The position numbers were made by a program, and so were the translations under genes. Shown in pieces: positions 38,336 to 47,173 of a DNA stretch of 57,325 bases. The notes under the pieces were generated by a model. It had not been told where the DNA came from. It did not search any database and saw only the letters and a list, made by a program, of their open reading frames with translations. Source of the DNA: a virus (lineage: Duplodnaviria; Caudoviricetes); IMG/VR virus record IMGVR_UViG_3300023059_000235, positions 1-57,325 of that record. The stretch is one strand, 5' to 3'. How positions within the stretch are numbered: the stretch's first letter is position 1; each line of letters begins with the position of its first letter.

Positions 38336-41300
38336 TTACCAATTAGAATAATGACCGAATTCTGCTGAAACGTTACCACCCACGCTTCCACCAAAACGCC
38401 ATGAAAACTTTTTTGAAGGATCGACAGTAACACCAGGTATAACTAATTGGGGTTTGGTAAATTGGAAATCACCCCCTTTTTCTGATTGTACGAGTCCATT
38501 CCCTGTATAACCTGAAACTCCAAAAAGCGTAGCTTCTATTGGTCCAATTCCTCCCCCCATTTCAAGTTTTGAACTTGTTCTTGCGATAGCACCTGAACCA
38601 CAATCTAGTGCATGTTTCGAAGGTTTGCCATTAGGATCAAGACCGACCCCTCCACCAAGTCCAACACCAAGTTTACCAGTAACTTCTAATGTTCCATTGT
38701 TATAACTAATTGAAGCACCGCCTCCTACACCATAATAACCTTCAACACTTAATGACCATAAACCATATGGGTCAATATAATTCACAGGATTATTCCCAAC
38801 ATAAGTATAAGTATTTACTCCACCAGCTAATCCAATCGGGTCAGGTTGTGTATAACGACCTACTGTTCCATCAAAATATCTATTCCAGTTATACCAAAGG
38901 CCAGATTCCACATCATAATATTGACCTGGTAAACCAATATTAAATTGTCCAATACTGCTTTGAATCACATTACTGTCATAACTGTTATTTTGAGATTTCC
39001 ATACAATAGCCTTAGAAGCATTAGTTAAAACTTCTGGTCTTCCTAAATGGTCATTATGTACAAAATTTAATGTATTGTTGCGGACCACGCCAATTACCTG
39101 TCCATACAACCAAACATAAGCTGTAGTGATATTAATATCAGAAGTATTTGATTCACCTAATAATCTGCCATCGGGAGAATAAATATAATTTACGTTGCCA
39201 GCTCCACCAGTTTTTCTAGTTCGTAAATTAAATACATCATAATCATAACTTGTACTGTTGCTTCCCGCCTTAACAGTTTTTAGGCGATTAAAGCCATCAT
39301 AGCTGTAATCTACAGTCCCACCATGACCAGTTTTTTTAATTAGATTTCCAAGCACATCGTAGCTAAAGGTTTTTGCTTCAGTTGTTGTCGTACTGGCTAA
39401 TCTATTTCCAACATTAGTTTGATAATTTGTTGTTAGGTTAGTATTTCCTACCCGAGTACTTCGATTTGAATTTTTATCAAAAGTCCAACTTTCTGTATAT
39501 TGTGTTGAAGCGGCTTTAGTTAGTTGTCCTATAACATCATAAGTATAAGTAGCTGATCGATTGACTGCTAAATTGTTATCAATATTGCTAATCAAGTTAT
39601 TTGTATTATAACTATGACTTAATTTTTGGATTGCCTCTGTATTAATCCCAGTAAGTCGATAATCTTTATCAAAACTTGTGGTACGAGTTAAACCATTACC
39701 ATATGTCCAGCTTTTAACACCACCATAAGGTTCATAAGTAATATTTTTTACAACATCTTTATCAGCGCCTTGTATACGAACTTTAACAGTATTAATTCTG
39801 CTCAAAGTGTCATAACCATATGAAACTTTGTAGCTATCATTTGCAAAGCTTTCACTGATTAAGCGTCCATAGTTATCATATGCCCAGTTAGTTTGATAAC
39901 TTGTACCATTTATAACTCTGGTCTGAACAATCATTTGTCCAGCTTTGTTATATCCATATCCTGAAGAGCTTGTTCCATCCGAAGTTCCACACAAACGACC
40001 TTTACCATTTGTACAATTATCATATACCCACGCATGTACTTGAGTACCGGTTTGCGCTTTAGTTTGTCTTCCTAATGTATCGTAAGTATATGTGGTTACT
40101 ATATTATTAGCACGAGTCAGCTGAATTACGTTTCCATCGACATCATAACTATATTTTGTTAATCCTTTGTCTGGGCTTTGAGATGATAATAAGTTTCCAA
40201 AACCATCATAGGTATAACTTGTAGTATTACCTTTACCATCTTTTATGGAAGTCAAATTACCATTGGCATCATAGATTGATTGGGTCGTTGAACCATCTGG
40301 TCTTTTCACTTCAGTTAAATAGTTATTTGCATCATAGGTATATGTAGTGATTTTTCCAAAAGAGTCAGTTTCTTTGATAATATTTCCATTTCCATCATAT
40401 TCATAAGTGAAGTTTTGCGCGTTATTCCCTTTATTTGCTGTCGTCCATCCAAGTTGATTATGCTCTTTCATCTGACTAAAGCGAATATTAGAACCTTCCT
40501 TATAATCTACACGCAATAACTTTCCTAATTTAGAATAAGTATAATATTGTCCACTTAAGATCGTGTTACCTGTCCCGTTTGTTATACTCGCAACTGTACC
40601 GTTATCATTATAATTAATCGTCTCACGTATCCCGTTAGTTTCTGTTTGCGTAATTCCAAAAGCTCCATATTGATACGTGGTTGTACGAATTTGGTCACTG
40701 GCTAGAGTTTCTTTTTTATTTATGACACGTCCACGTGCATCATAGCTCAACTCAATTACAAACCCATTTGGATCAGTAATTTTACCGACATTACCCAAAC
40801 CATCATAATTAGAATAAGTTGTAATATGACCTAATGGGTTTTTATATTGAATAAGATTCCCTATAGCATCATATGTATAAGTTGATGTTTTTTCATTAGT
40901 ATTTATTGCTACATCTTTAAGCATACCATTGCTATGCAATGTATAACCATAACCAATTGTTTTACATGTGGTTGTTCCAACTTTACTACACGATTTGATA
41001 CTTTTAATACGATTTTTAGCAGTATCAGTTGAAGAATAATATGTATATGTTATGTCAGAGGCCACGATATTATTCTTTAGATTTTCGACTTTACTAATTA
41101 AATATGGTGAGTTAAGCCAAGTGTATTTGGTAACTGATTTACTCGCAGGTGTACTTTTTTCTATCAACAGCCCATTTGCATCACGTCGATAAGTAGTTTC
41201 AATTCCATTCCAATCAATTTCAGAACTAACATACCCATTATTATCATATTTAGTTACAGCATTACTATTTGGACAATTATTTACACCACTACGTTCGATT

Positions 41301-42409
41301 TTAGTCAACTTATCTTTATTATCATTTGTATAAATATACTTAGAAACAGCACCTAAAGGATTAGTTACAATAGTATAATTATTGCCATACTCTAATTTAA
41401 AAGTTTGAGTTCCATCACTACGGCCACTTTGTATTGTTCTTTCACCATCGTAGAGATAAGTTGAATAACGTTTTCCATCAATTGAAATTCCACTAAGTTG
41501 ATTCTCACTTGCTCCATTTTCTCCATAATGGAATGTTTTTTTTCCTAAATTATTTGGGTATATAATTTCTATTAGACGTTGACCACTCCATTTGTAAGTA
41601 TAAATATTACCTGCTGGATCAGTTATCTCAGTTGTAGAATTACCTGCGGGTTTTATTTTAATAGTTTTACCATTCGTGTGGGTAATCGTAGTTATCCATG
41701 TCGCTGAATCTCTTGATTGAACCCATCCAATACCGTGTAAATTTTTTCTACTTTTTAAAGAACCACTATGAAGCAATGGTTGTGTACCAATGACGCTAAC
41801 GTCATATGTTTCAACGTCACCATTTGGTAAATAAATTGGATTTGAAACTTGATCATATTCTCGTAATTCCCTAACTAGAGAAAAGGAACCATCTGCCAAT
41901 TCTCGCCCCAACTTTACTTTATTTTGGTAAATATAAACACCAGCCTCATTCATTGTTATTTCATAATTATTTTTCCATCTTTTTCCAAAGGTTCGTATGG
42001 ATAGATCAAAACCGATGTCATTTTCAATATTTCTATTTTTATCTTGTGAATAATAAATTTCAGAATAGTTTAACGGCATTTCCCAATTCGTTGTAAAAAC
42101 AGCTTCTTCATGCAATTTCTCACCCGTATTAATTCTTACTGGATTTGGAGTTTGGCAATCACTTGATTCATCATTCTTAAAAAAGCTAGCTGTTGGGTTC
42201 GAATTATAAAAAGGATGAATCCCTTTATGCATATCTTGATAAAAGATTTGTGAGGTTGAATTTATCTGGTTTATGTCTAATACAGGATCTGGCGTACCGT
42301 AGAATGTTAAAGGCGGTAAAGTGCCAACATATATCGGTTCTACGGCTAGTACAGAACTACTCACGATACTTGTAGTTACTAATATCGAAATAATTTTTTT
42401 CAATTGCAT
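38336..42409 (-). CDS. rhs: Rhs/YD-repeat polymorphic toxin with Sec signal peptide and unknown Gly-rich C-terminal domain
   Basis: Signal MQLKKIISILVTTSIVSSSVLA; NPVRINTGEK; many YDxxG repeats; core HNDHLGRP..GQYYD.ESGLWYNWNRY..GRYTQPDPIGL..NPVNYIDPYGL. Confidence 0.92.
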   Translation of the reverse strand: MQLKKIISILVTTSIVSSSVLAVEPIYVGTLPPLTFYGTPDPVLDINQINSTSQIFYQDMHKGIHPFYNSNPTASFFKNDESSDCQTPNPVRINTGEKLHEEAVFTTNWEMPLNYSEIYYSQDKNRNIENDIGFDLSIRTFGKRWKNNYEITMNEAGVYIYQNKVKLGRELADGSFSLVRELREYDQVSNPIYLPNGDVETYDVSVIGTQPLLHSGSLKSRKNLHGIGWVQSRDSATWITTITHTNGKTIKIKPAGNSTTEITDPAGNIYTYKWSGQRLIEIIYPNNLGKKTFHYGENGASENQLSGISIDGKRYSTYLYDGERTIQSGRSDGTQTFKLEYGNNYTIVTNPLGAVSKYIYTNDNKDKLTKIERSGVNNCPNSNAVTKYDNNGYVSSEIDWNGIETTYRRDANGLLIEKSTPASKSVTKYTWLNSPYLISKVENLKNNIVASDITYTYYSSTDTAKNRIKSIKSCSKVGTTTCKTIGYGYTLHSNGMLKDVAINTNEKTSTYTYDAIGNLIQYKNPLGHITTYSNYDGLGNVGKITDPNGFVIELSYDARGRVINKKETLASDQIRTTTYQYGAFGITQTETNGIRETINYNDNGTVASITNGTGNTILSGQYYTYSKLGKLLRVDYKEGSNIRFSQMKEHNQLGWTTANKGNNAQNFTYEYDGNGNIIKETDSFGKITTYTYDANNYLTEVKRPDGSTTQSIYDANGNLTSIKDGKGNTTSYTYDGFGNLLSSQSPDKGLTKYSYDVDGNVIQLTRANNIVTTYTYDTLGRQTKAQTGTQVHAWVYDNCTNGKGRLCGTSDGTSSSGYGYNKAGQMIVQTRVINGTSYQTNWAYDNYGRLISESFANDSYKVSYGYDTLSRINTVKVRIQGADKDVVKNITYEPYGGVKSWTYGNGLTRTTSFDKDYRLTGINTEAIQKLSHSYNTNNLISNIDNNLAVNRSATYTYDVIGQLTKAASTQYTESWTFDKNSNRSTRVGNTNLTTNYQTNVGNRLASTTTTEAKTFSYDVLGNLIKKTGHGGTVDYSYDGFNRLKTVKAGSNSTSYDYDVFNLRTRKTGGAGNVNYIYSPDGRLLGESNTSDINITTAYVWLYGQVIGVVRNNTLNFVHNDHLGRPEVLTNASKAIVWKSQNNSYDSNVIQSSIGQFNIGLPGQYYDVESGLWYNWNRYFDGTVGRYTQPDPIGLAGGVNTYTYVGNNPVNYIDPYGLWSLSVEGYYGVGGGASISYNNGTLEVTGKLGVGLGGGVGLDPNGKPSKHALDCGSGAIARTSSKLEMGGGIGPIEATLFGVSGYTGNGLVQSEKGGDFQFTKPQLVIPGVTVDPSKKFSWRFGGSVGGNVSAEFGHYSNW

Positions 42410-42595
42410 GTTTTTATAACCTTTATATTTTTAAAAGTGCTACATAAACTATAAACTTTATTACAAATGAATATCATTATCAATAATAAATAAGAATCAA
42501 TTACATTTAGAGGTTTCAACTGATGCTGGTTATCTCAGAGAATAATCTGATAAATTCCCAGCATAGTAAAAAGAATGGTTATACAACCTATTGAT

Positions 42596-43210
42596 TTAGA
42601 TTAAGTTATAAATCTCAAATGGCTTTGCTACTATTGCTGCTGCAAAACTTGAAGCACCTAAATCCCTATCAAATGCCATCGAGTGAACTTTAACAACAAT
42701 ATTGGCTGGTACTAATCGCCGTAGTATAGGTGACAGCTCCACCACTTCATTTGCATCAACTGTTTTATCTAAAACAATTCTAATGCGACTAGTTAAGAAG
42801 TAATTTGGCTTTTCTACATCAGATAAATAAATTGGATATTCTTTTAGCTTTTCCAAGCTATGCCATAACCGGATAATCTGAAAATGGTCCTTTCCCCACA
42901 ACATTCTCAAAATGAACTCTAAAAAGGCTATTCCCCTTTTATTGCCCATACTGCTCCAATTGGAGTAGATAATTCTCATCAACGTGTCAGAAGTGTTATT
43001 ACGTCTTAAAACAACAAGTCCATTTTGTTTTGAGAACCGTTCTATAACTGTTTTACTACCTATGTGAGGGCAACCATAATCGAGCAAGTCTTGTAGAGAC
43101 TGTTCAAAGTTTTGTGCAAATACTTGCTTAAAAGCCTTAGAGAGCGCCGTTTGTAAGCCAGCATTAACATAGTGTTCGTCAATAGGACGAGTAAAGCTTA
43201 TAGGGTCCAT
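42596..43210 (-). CDS. Baseplate wedge protein (P1 gp16/P2 gpI-like)
   Basis: RGIAFLEFIL..W and ILRRLVPANI; follows the baseplate J-like gene. Confidence 0.6.
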   Translation of the reverse strand: MDPISFTRPIDEHYVNAGLQTALSKAFKQVFAQNFEQSLQDLLDYGCPHIGSKTVIERFSKQNGLVVLRRNNTSDTLMRIIYSNWSSMGNKRGIAFLEFILRMLWGKDHFQIIRLWHSLEKLKEYPIYLSDVEKPNYFLTSRIRIVLDKTVDANEVVELSPILRRLVPANIVVKVHSMAFDRDLGASSFAAAIVAKPFEIYNLI

Positions 43211-44643
43211 GTTGCCCCCGAAATATCTGCTGTACGCTCCATATTTACTTCAATACTGTCCTTAGTGACGTAAACCCATTCATTGGGTTTATTAATCTCA
43301 TTTGAAAGTTTAATTGAGAAATCGCTCATCCGGTCTTGGAAAGCAACGATATTGTCATTAATAAGCTTTGCCATTTCTTGACTATTAAAACCATTCACTA
43401 ACCACCTGCTTGAACTAAGCGATTCACGGCCATATCGCTGAACTATTAATTCGATAATTTGGGTTTTAACCATATCAGTATTATGTACTGAGGCTAATGT
43501 GCCCGTGATTGTTATTGGTAATGGCTTTTCTACTACGTCATGTACATTTACCTTGTCATTATACAAGTTATCGCAATAACCAATATAACTGCAGATATCT
43601 TGCTCTAAGGTCGTTTGCTCATCTGGGTTTTTAGCAACAACTACAAGATTTAAATGATTAATGTCGCGGTAAGTAATCGCAAAATGTTGCTCTTGAAGTG
43701 TTTCATTCCAGACAGAAATAAACTGAGCCCGTTTCATAAACTTTTTACGGACCGCATAGTCAAAGTTCCCCAGAAATACGGCGTCATCATCATAAAGTGA
43801 AGGATAGCTTGATAATAAACGTAATTCAGAAACAGATAATGGATCAACACCTTGTCTCACCAATCCACCGACTTTAAAACGCACTGATACACGTTGCTCA
43901 TCATTAGTAAGAACATCAAGTAAAGCTGCATCTTTCAAACGATTGGCATCAACCTCACCATAAGTTTCAAGTATCCCAAAAGTTATTGTTTCATTTGCTT
44001 GTACTGTCCGACCTGCTCTTTCAGAATCTCCAAATTCGACAAATAGCCTTCTAAGATTATCTGTTGTGACCGTAACCGCATATTCACCTGGTTCTACATT
44101 CATCCAACGTGGTTTGATTGCATAGTTATTAATGCCCTGTTTAATAGATATATTTGCAAGTGAAAGGTCCTCTAGTAGTTCTAACCGGTACTTATGAAAA
44201 CCTTCAGTTACTGGAATAACGTATTTGATTTCACGGTATTCGCTTTGCTCTGCAATTACTTCCGCAGTTTCACCAGCTTTAACTGTAATTGATTGAAGTA
44301 AACGCCACACTCTGCCGCCGCTATGATCTTCAACCACTCTTCCTTGGCTAAGGCTAATTGGATTGGTAGATCGATTAATGATTTCCATGTAATGCTGGCA
44401 CGGCGTTCCTATAGGTAAAATGCCTTTGTTTGTTGCATCAGCAATAATGGAACGGTCACGTGTTTTAGTGAATGGCTCAATTGATGCAATAGCGATTTCA
44501 GGACCAAACGCTGTTAAGAAACTAGCCATAGAACGCAGCTGGTGAACGACTAGCGGATCTTGAGCCTTATAACGTTCCTGAATCTCATAATCATCTATCG
44601 CTGCTTGGAGCTGAGCTTCAAAATCAGCTTGCGTTAATGTCAT
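43198..44643 (-). CDS. Baseplate wedge protein (P1 BplA/baseplate J-like)
   Basis: RSIIADATNKG, VEFGDSERAG, GVDPLSVSELR, VFLGNFDY..VWNE..QE. Confidence 0.75.
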   Translation of the reverse strand: MTLTQADFEAQLQAAIDDYEIQERYKAQDPLVVHQLRSMASFLTAFGPEIAIASIEPFTKTRDRSIIADATNKGILPIGTPCQHYMEIINRSTNPISLSQGRVVEDHSGGRVWRLLQSITVKAGETAEVIAEQSEYREIKYVIPVTEGFHKYRLELLEDLSLANISIKQGINNYAIKPRWMNVEPGEYAVTVTTDNLRRLFVEFGDSERAGRTVQANETITFGILETYGEVDANRLKDAALLDVLTNDEQRVSVRFKVGGLVRQGVDPLSVSELRLLSSYPSLYDDDAVFLGNFDYAVRKKFMKRAQFISVWNETLQEQHFAITYRDINHLNLVVVAKNPDEQTTLEQDICSYIGYCDNLYNDKVNVHDVVEKPLPITITGTLASVHNTDMVKTQIIELIVQRYGRESLSSSRWLVNGFNSQEMAKLINDNIVAFQDRMSDFSIKLSNEINKPNEWVYVTKDSIEVNMERTADISGATWTL

Positions 44644-44962
44644 ATGTTTCACCTGTTACTGAAGTACCCAATTTGTCAGCTATTTGATTAAGATCAATTT
44701 TCACATTCATGATGCTTAAATAAATATGAACGGTCTCAAAGCCCTCTGTTTGAGAATAAAGTGCCAACTGGTCAGAGTTGAGCTCAGATAAAATAGGTAG
44801 ATCCTTTTTCATCTTAATTAGAAAGCTATCTGCCACCCTTGCATCGAGTGGTGTCATTAGCAAAGCATAAAGAGGTGCACCAAAATTAGATCCATATTTC
44901 CCATTAACAGGATGATATAGCCAGTACTCAACCATGTTTATAATTGTTTTAGCCGTGATCAT
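44624..44962 (-). CDS. gp25/GpW-like baseplate-sheath initiator (P1 PmgA-like)
   Basis: WLYHPVNGKYGSNFGAPL..L..P. Confidence 0.65.
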   Translation of the reverse strand: MITAKTIINMVEYWLYHPVNGKYGSNFGAPLYALLMTPLDARVADSFLIKMKKDLPILSELNSDQLALYSQTEGFETVHIYLSIMNVKIDLNQIADKLGTSVTGETYDINAS

Positions 44963-45318
44963 TAGGAAGTTGCTCTATTGGAAAAAATAGTCAAAAGTTT
45001 TACTAGAATTGCAGTGCCAATCTGATAAGTAGAAAAAATAGAGAAATAGACAATAAAGATCCAAAGCGAGACACTTAATGCATCAAAATAGTTAGCAACG
45101 TTATAAATTCGCCAATCAACTAAAATAATTGTGATCAATACGCATGCCATGCATGCGAAGTACATCCATCTTATTTCTTTAAATAAAAGGTTAATTGGAA
45201 TTTGGCGAAATTGTTTTATTGATGCCGCTTTATTTTTACCATTCCACCCTGTTATGAAGTAAAGATAAGCAGAAAAAGCAAGAATTAAGACAATATCTAT
45301 ACCGATTTGAATTTGCAT
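44962..45318 (-). CDS. Three-TM membrane protein heading the baseplate operon (possible holin)
   Basis: Three hydrophobic segments; late-type promoter upstream; function is inferred only. Confidence 0.5.
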   Translation of the reverse strand: MQIQIGIDIVLILAFSAYLYFITGWNGKNKAASIKQFRQIPINLLFKEIRWMYFACMACVLITIILVDWRIYNVANYFDALSVSLWIFIVYFSIFSTYQIGTAILVKLLTIFSNRATS

Positions 45319-45346
45319 GACACTACCCTTTATTAGCATTTTTATA

Positions 45347-45387
45347 AGGTTAATTGCTTCAGCGTTTTAAAAATTAATGAAGTTCCA
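45347..45387 (-). promoter_or_regulatory. Putative late promoter TGGAAC-N29-TAACCT (baseplate operon)
   Basis: gttcca at 45382-45387, aggtta at 45347-45352. Confidence 0.7.
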
Positions 45388-45486
45388 AAAGAATAAAACC
45401 ACTATCTAGCGGTCTTATAAATTTTTAAATTCTTTAACACATTTTTTTAATAATTGTATTTCAATAAGGCAATCTAACTCCCAATA

Positions 45487-45514
45487 AAAAAGGCTGCAAT
45501 TTATGCAACCTTTT
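45487..45514 (-). terminator. Intrinsic terminator
   Basis: AAAAAAGGCTGCA-ATTTA-TGCAACCTTTT. Confidence 0.65.
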
Positions 45515-45535
45515 CTTCAAAAATTCTTAAGCATT

Positions 45536-45754
45536 CTATGCAATTGCTGAATCCATTTTTCGTTGGAAACGTTCAGCATCTGCACGAGAAACTGAAACAA
45601 ATTTACCTGTTGGTCTCATTGATTTAACAGCACTACGATGCATTTTAGCTAATTTTATTTGCATCTCTTTTTGCCATTCTTGCAATGTTAAACCAGCTTC
45701 TTTAGCACGTTTTTCCTGCAACCCAAGAGGCATATTTAATATAACTTTATTCAT
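45536..45754 (-). CDS. 72-aa protein overlapping the Hdf-ART stop; candidate inhibitor/partner
   Basis: ATG 45754 with strong SD GAGGAGG; 8-nt overlap with the upstream gene. Confidence 0.6.
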   Translation of the reverse strand: MNKVILNMPLGLQEKRAKEAGLTLQEWQKEMQIKLAKMHRSAVKSMRPTGKFVSVSRADAERFQRKMDSAIA

Positions 45755-47063
45755 TATCATCCTCCTCAAGATAAATCCAAATTTGACCATTTCCAATAGA
45801 TTCATCTGTCAACGAATCTGCTATGTTTAATACTTTAAACGAAGTGGAATTTTTAAACAAGACTTCACTTTCTGTATCTGAATTTTCACTAATCCACTCA
45901 ATGTGTTTTCCGCTTTTAGATTGAATAATTAATCTTATTTTACGGTGTGAAAAAAGATCATATCCGACATTAGCAGCTAAAAAACCTTCAGCAGTATAAG
46001 TCTCATAATTAAGAATAGAATTGAGTAATTTAGGTGGTAAATCTTGTCTAGAAAAAACAACTTCCTCAGTAAAGTTAGGCAATTTATCTAATGCTTGACG
46101 CAATAAAGAAACACCTTTTAATTCAATTGTAGTTTCTTCTTTTGTATAAATTGATGATTGATGTAATACACCATTAATTGCTCCGCATCCGACCCCTGAC
46201 CAATAACGAATTGCAATTTGTTCTGGTAAAGTCAGATCAAATTCCTTCGCCATTTTTACAATTTCATCTGAATTCAAAAGATCAAATTTGATACTTTCCA
46301 ATTGTTTTTTCGGTATCCATTCTTCAATAATCTTTTCCTGCTCTTCCAAGGAAAGTGGATGATCACTTCCTAAATATTTTGGCACTATATCCTTCCACAA
46401 CATAGAGTTATCTATAGACAATTCTACATCAAGAGGCTCATTCGATAAGGAATTTTGTGCGAAAGTATTTACATTGTTATCAGTTGATATAGATGCGATT
46501 TCACTAATCGACTTTCCCAATTCAGATTGACCAACCTCCGTAGTAGAACTAATACCAAGCTGATGTTTGGCTAATTCAATTTTTTCCAAAAGCTGGTCCC
46601 GTTGCGCCGTTTGTTTTGCTAATTCTTCATCAAGTATTTGTTCTTGTTCTTGAACTTCTTTAGCCTTTTGTTCTACAGAAGAACGGCGTGGAGGTAGACG
46701 CACTTTTTCACGTTTGTTTTGGTCCTGAATTTTCGATTGTGCTTCCCTTATAAGCTTAGAAACACCATTAACGGCATTATCAAAAGTAAGCTTATAGTCA
46801 TCACTAAAATCACCAGACAATACAACCACTTTATCATTAAGTTCTGCTTTGACCACATCTGCTAAAGCTCGGATATAAAGTGTTAGTGTTGCACCACCAG
46901 AAAAGAAAAAAGTTACTGGTAAAACACTGATACCAGCAACGCGTTTAATTTTGCGAAACTCTTGTGTAACTACAGTTTGGCCTGTTGCTTTTTCCAATGC
47001 AGATTGGATCTTTTTAATATATGGAGTGGTAGCTGTTACAGCTGCAAGATTAAGACTGCCCAT
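45747..47063 (-). CDS. Hdf/DarA_N-like head protein fused to a C3/VIP2-type ADP-ribosyltransferase domain
   Basis: N-term IKRVAGISVLPVTFFFSGGATLTLYIRALADVVKAELNDK plus coiled coil; C-term AIRYWS..INGVL..LRQALDKLP..VFSR..EGFLAAN..GKHIEWIS..ESEVLF..SFKV. Confidence 0.75.
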   Translation of the reverse strand: MGSLNLAAVTATTPYIKKIQSALEKATGQTVVTQEFRKIKRVAGISVLPVTFFFSGGATLTLYIRALADVVKAELNDKVVVLSGDFSDDYKLTFDNAVNGVSKLIREAQSKIQDQNKREKVRLPPRRSSVEQKAKEVQEQEQILDEELAKQTAQRDQLLEKIELAKHQLGISSTTEVGQSELGKSISEIASISTDNNVNTFAQNSLSNEPLDVELSIDNSMLWKDIVPKYLGSDHPLSLEEQEKIIEEWIPKKQLESIKFDLLNSDEIVKMAKEFDLTLPEQIAIRYWSGVGCGAINGVLHQSSIYTKEETTIELKGVSLLRQALDKLPNFTEEVVFSRQDLPPKLLNSILNYETYTAEGFLAANVGYDLFSHRKIRLIIQSKSGKHIEWISENSDTESEVLFKNSTSFKVLNIADSLTDESIGNGQIWIYLEEDDNE

Positions 47064-47090
47064 GAATAATAACCTCATATAAATGAGGCT

Positions 47091-47131
47091 ATTTTCAATT
47101 AATAAAAATTAAGAAAATTAATTTAGTTCCA
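47091..47131 (-). promoter_or_regulatory. Putative late promoter TGGAAC-N29-GAAAAT (hdf-ART)
   Basis: gttcca at 47126-47131, attttc at 47091-47096. Confidence 0.7.
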
Positions 47132-47173
47132 ATCTAATATTTTTAAATTAAAAAAAAACGCGAATCTTAAAAT

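Noticed and set aside
42521-42565. Imperfect hairpin (ATGCTGG...CCAGCAT) upstream of rhs as an ncRNA or riboswitch
   Set aside because: Short, with no recognisable family features; more simply a terminator-like structure ending the baseplate operon.
9661-44962. T6SS or eCIS/tailocin interpretation (VgrG-like spike, sheath, tube, Rhs)
   Set aside because: Capsid, portal, protease and terminase genes are present, and no TssJLM, ClpV or Afp15-like ATPase is seen. This is a complete phage morphogenesis set.
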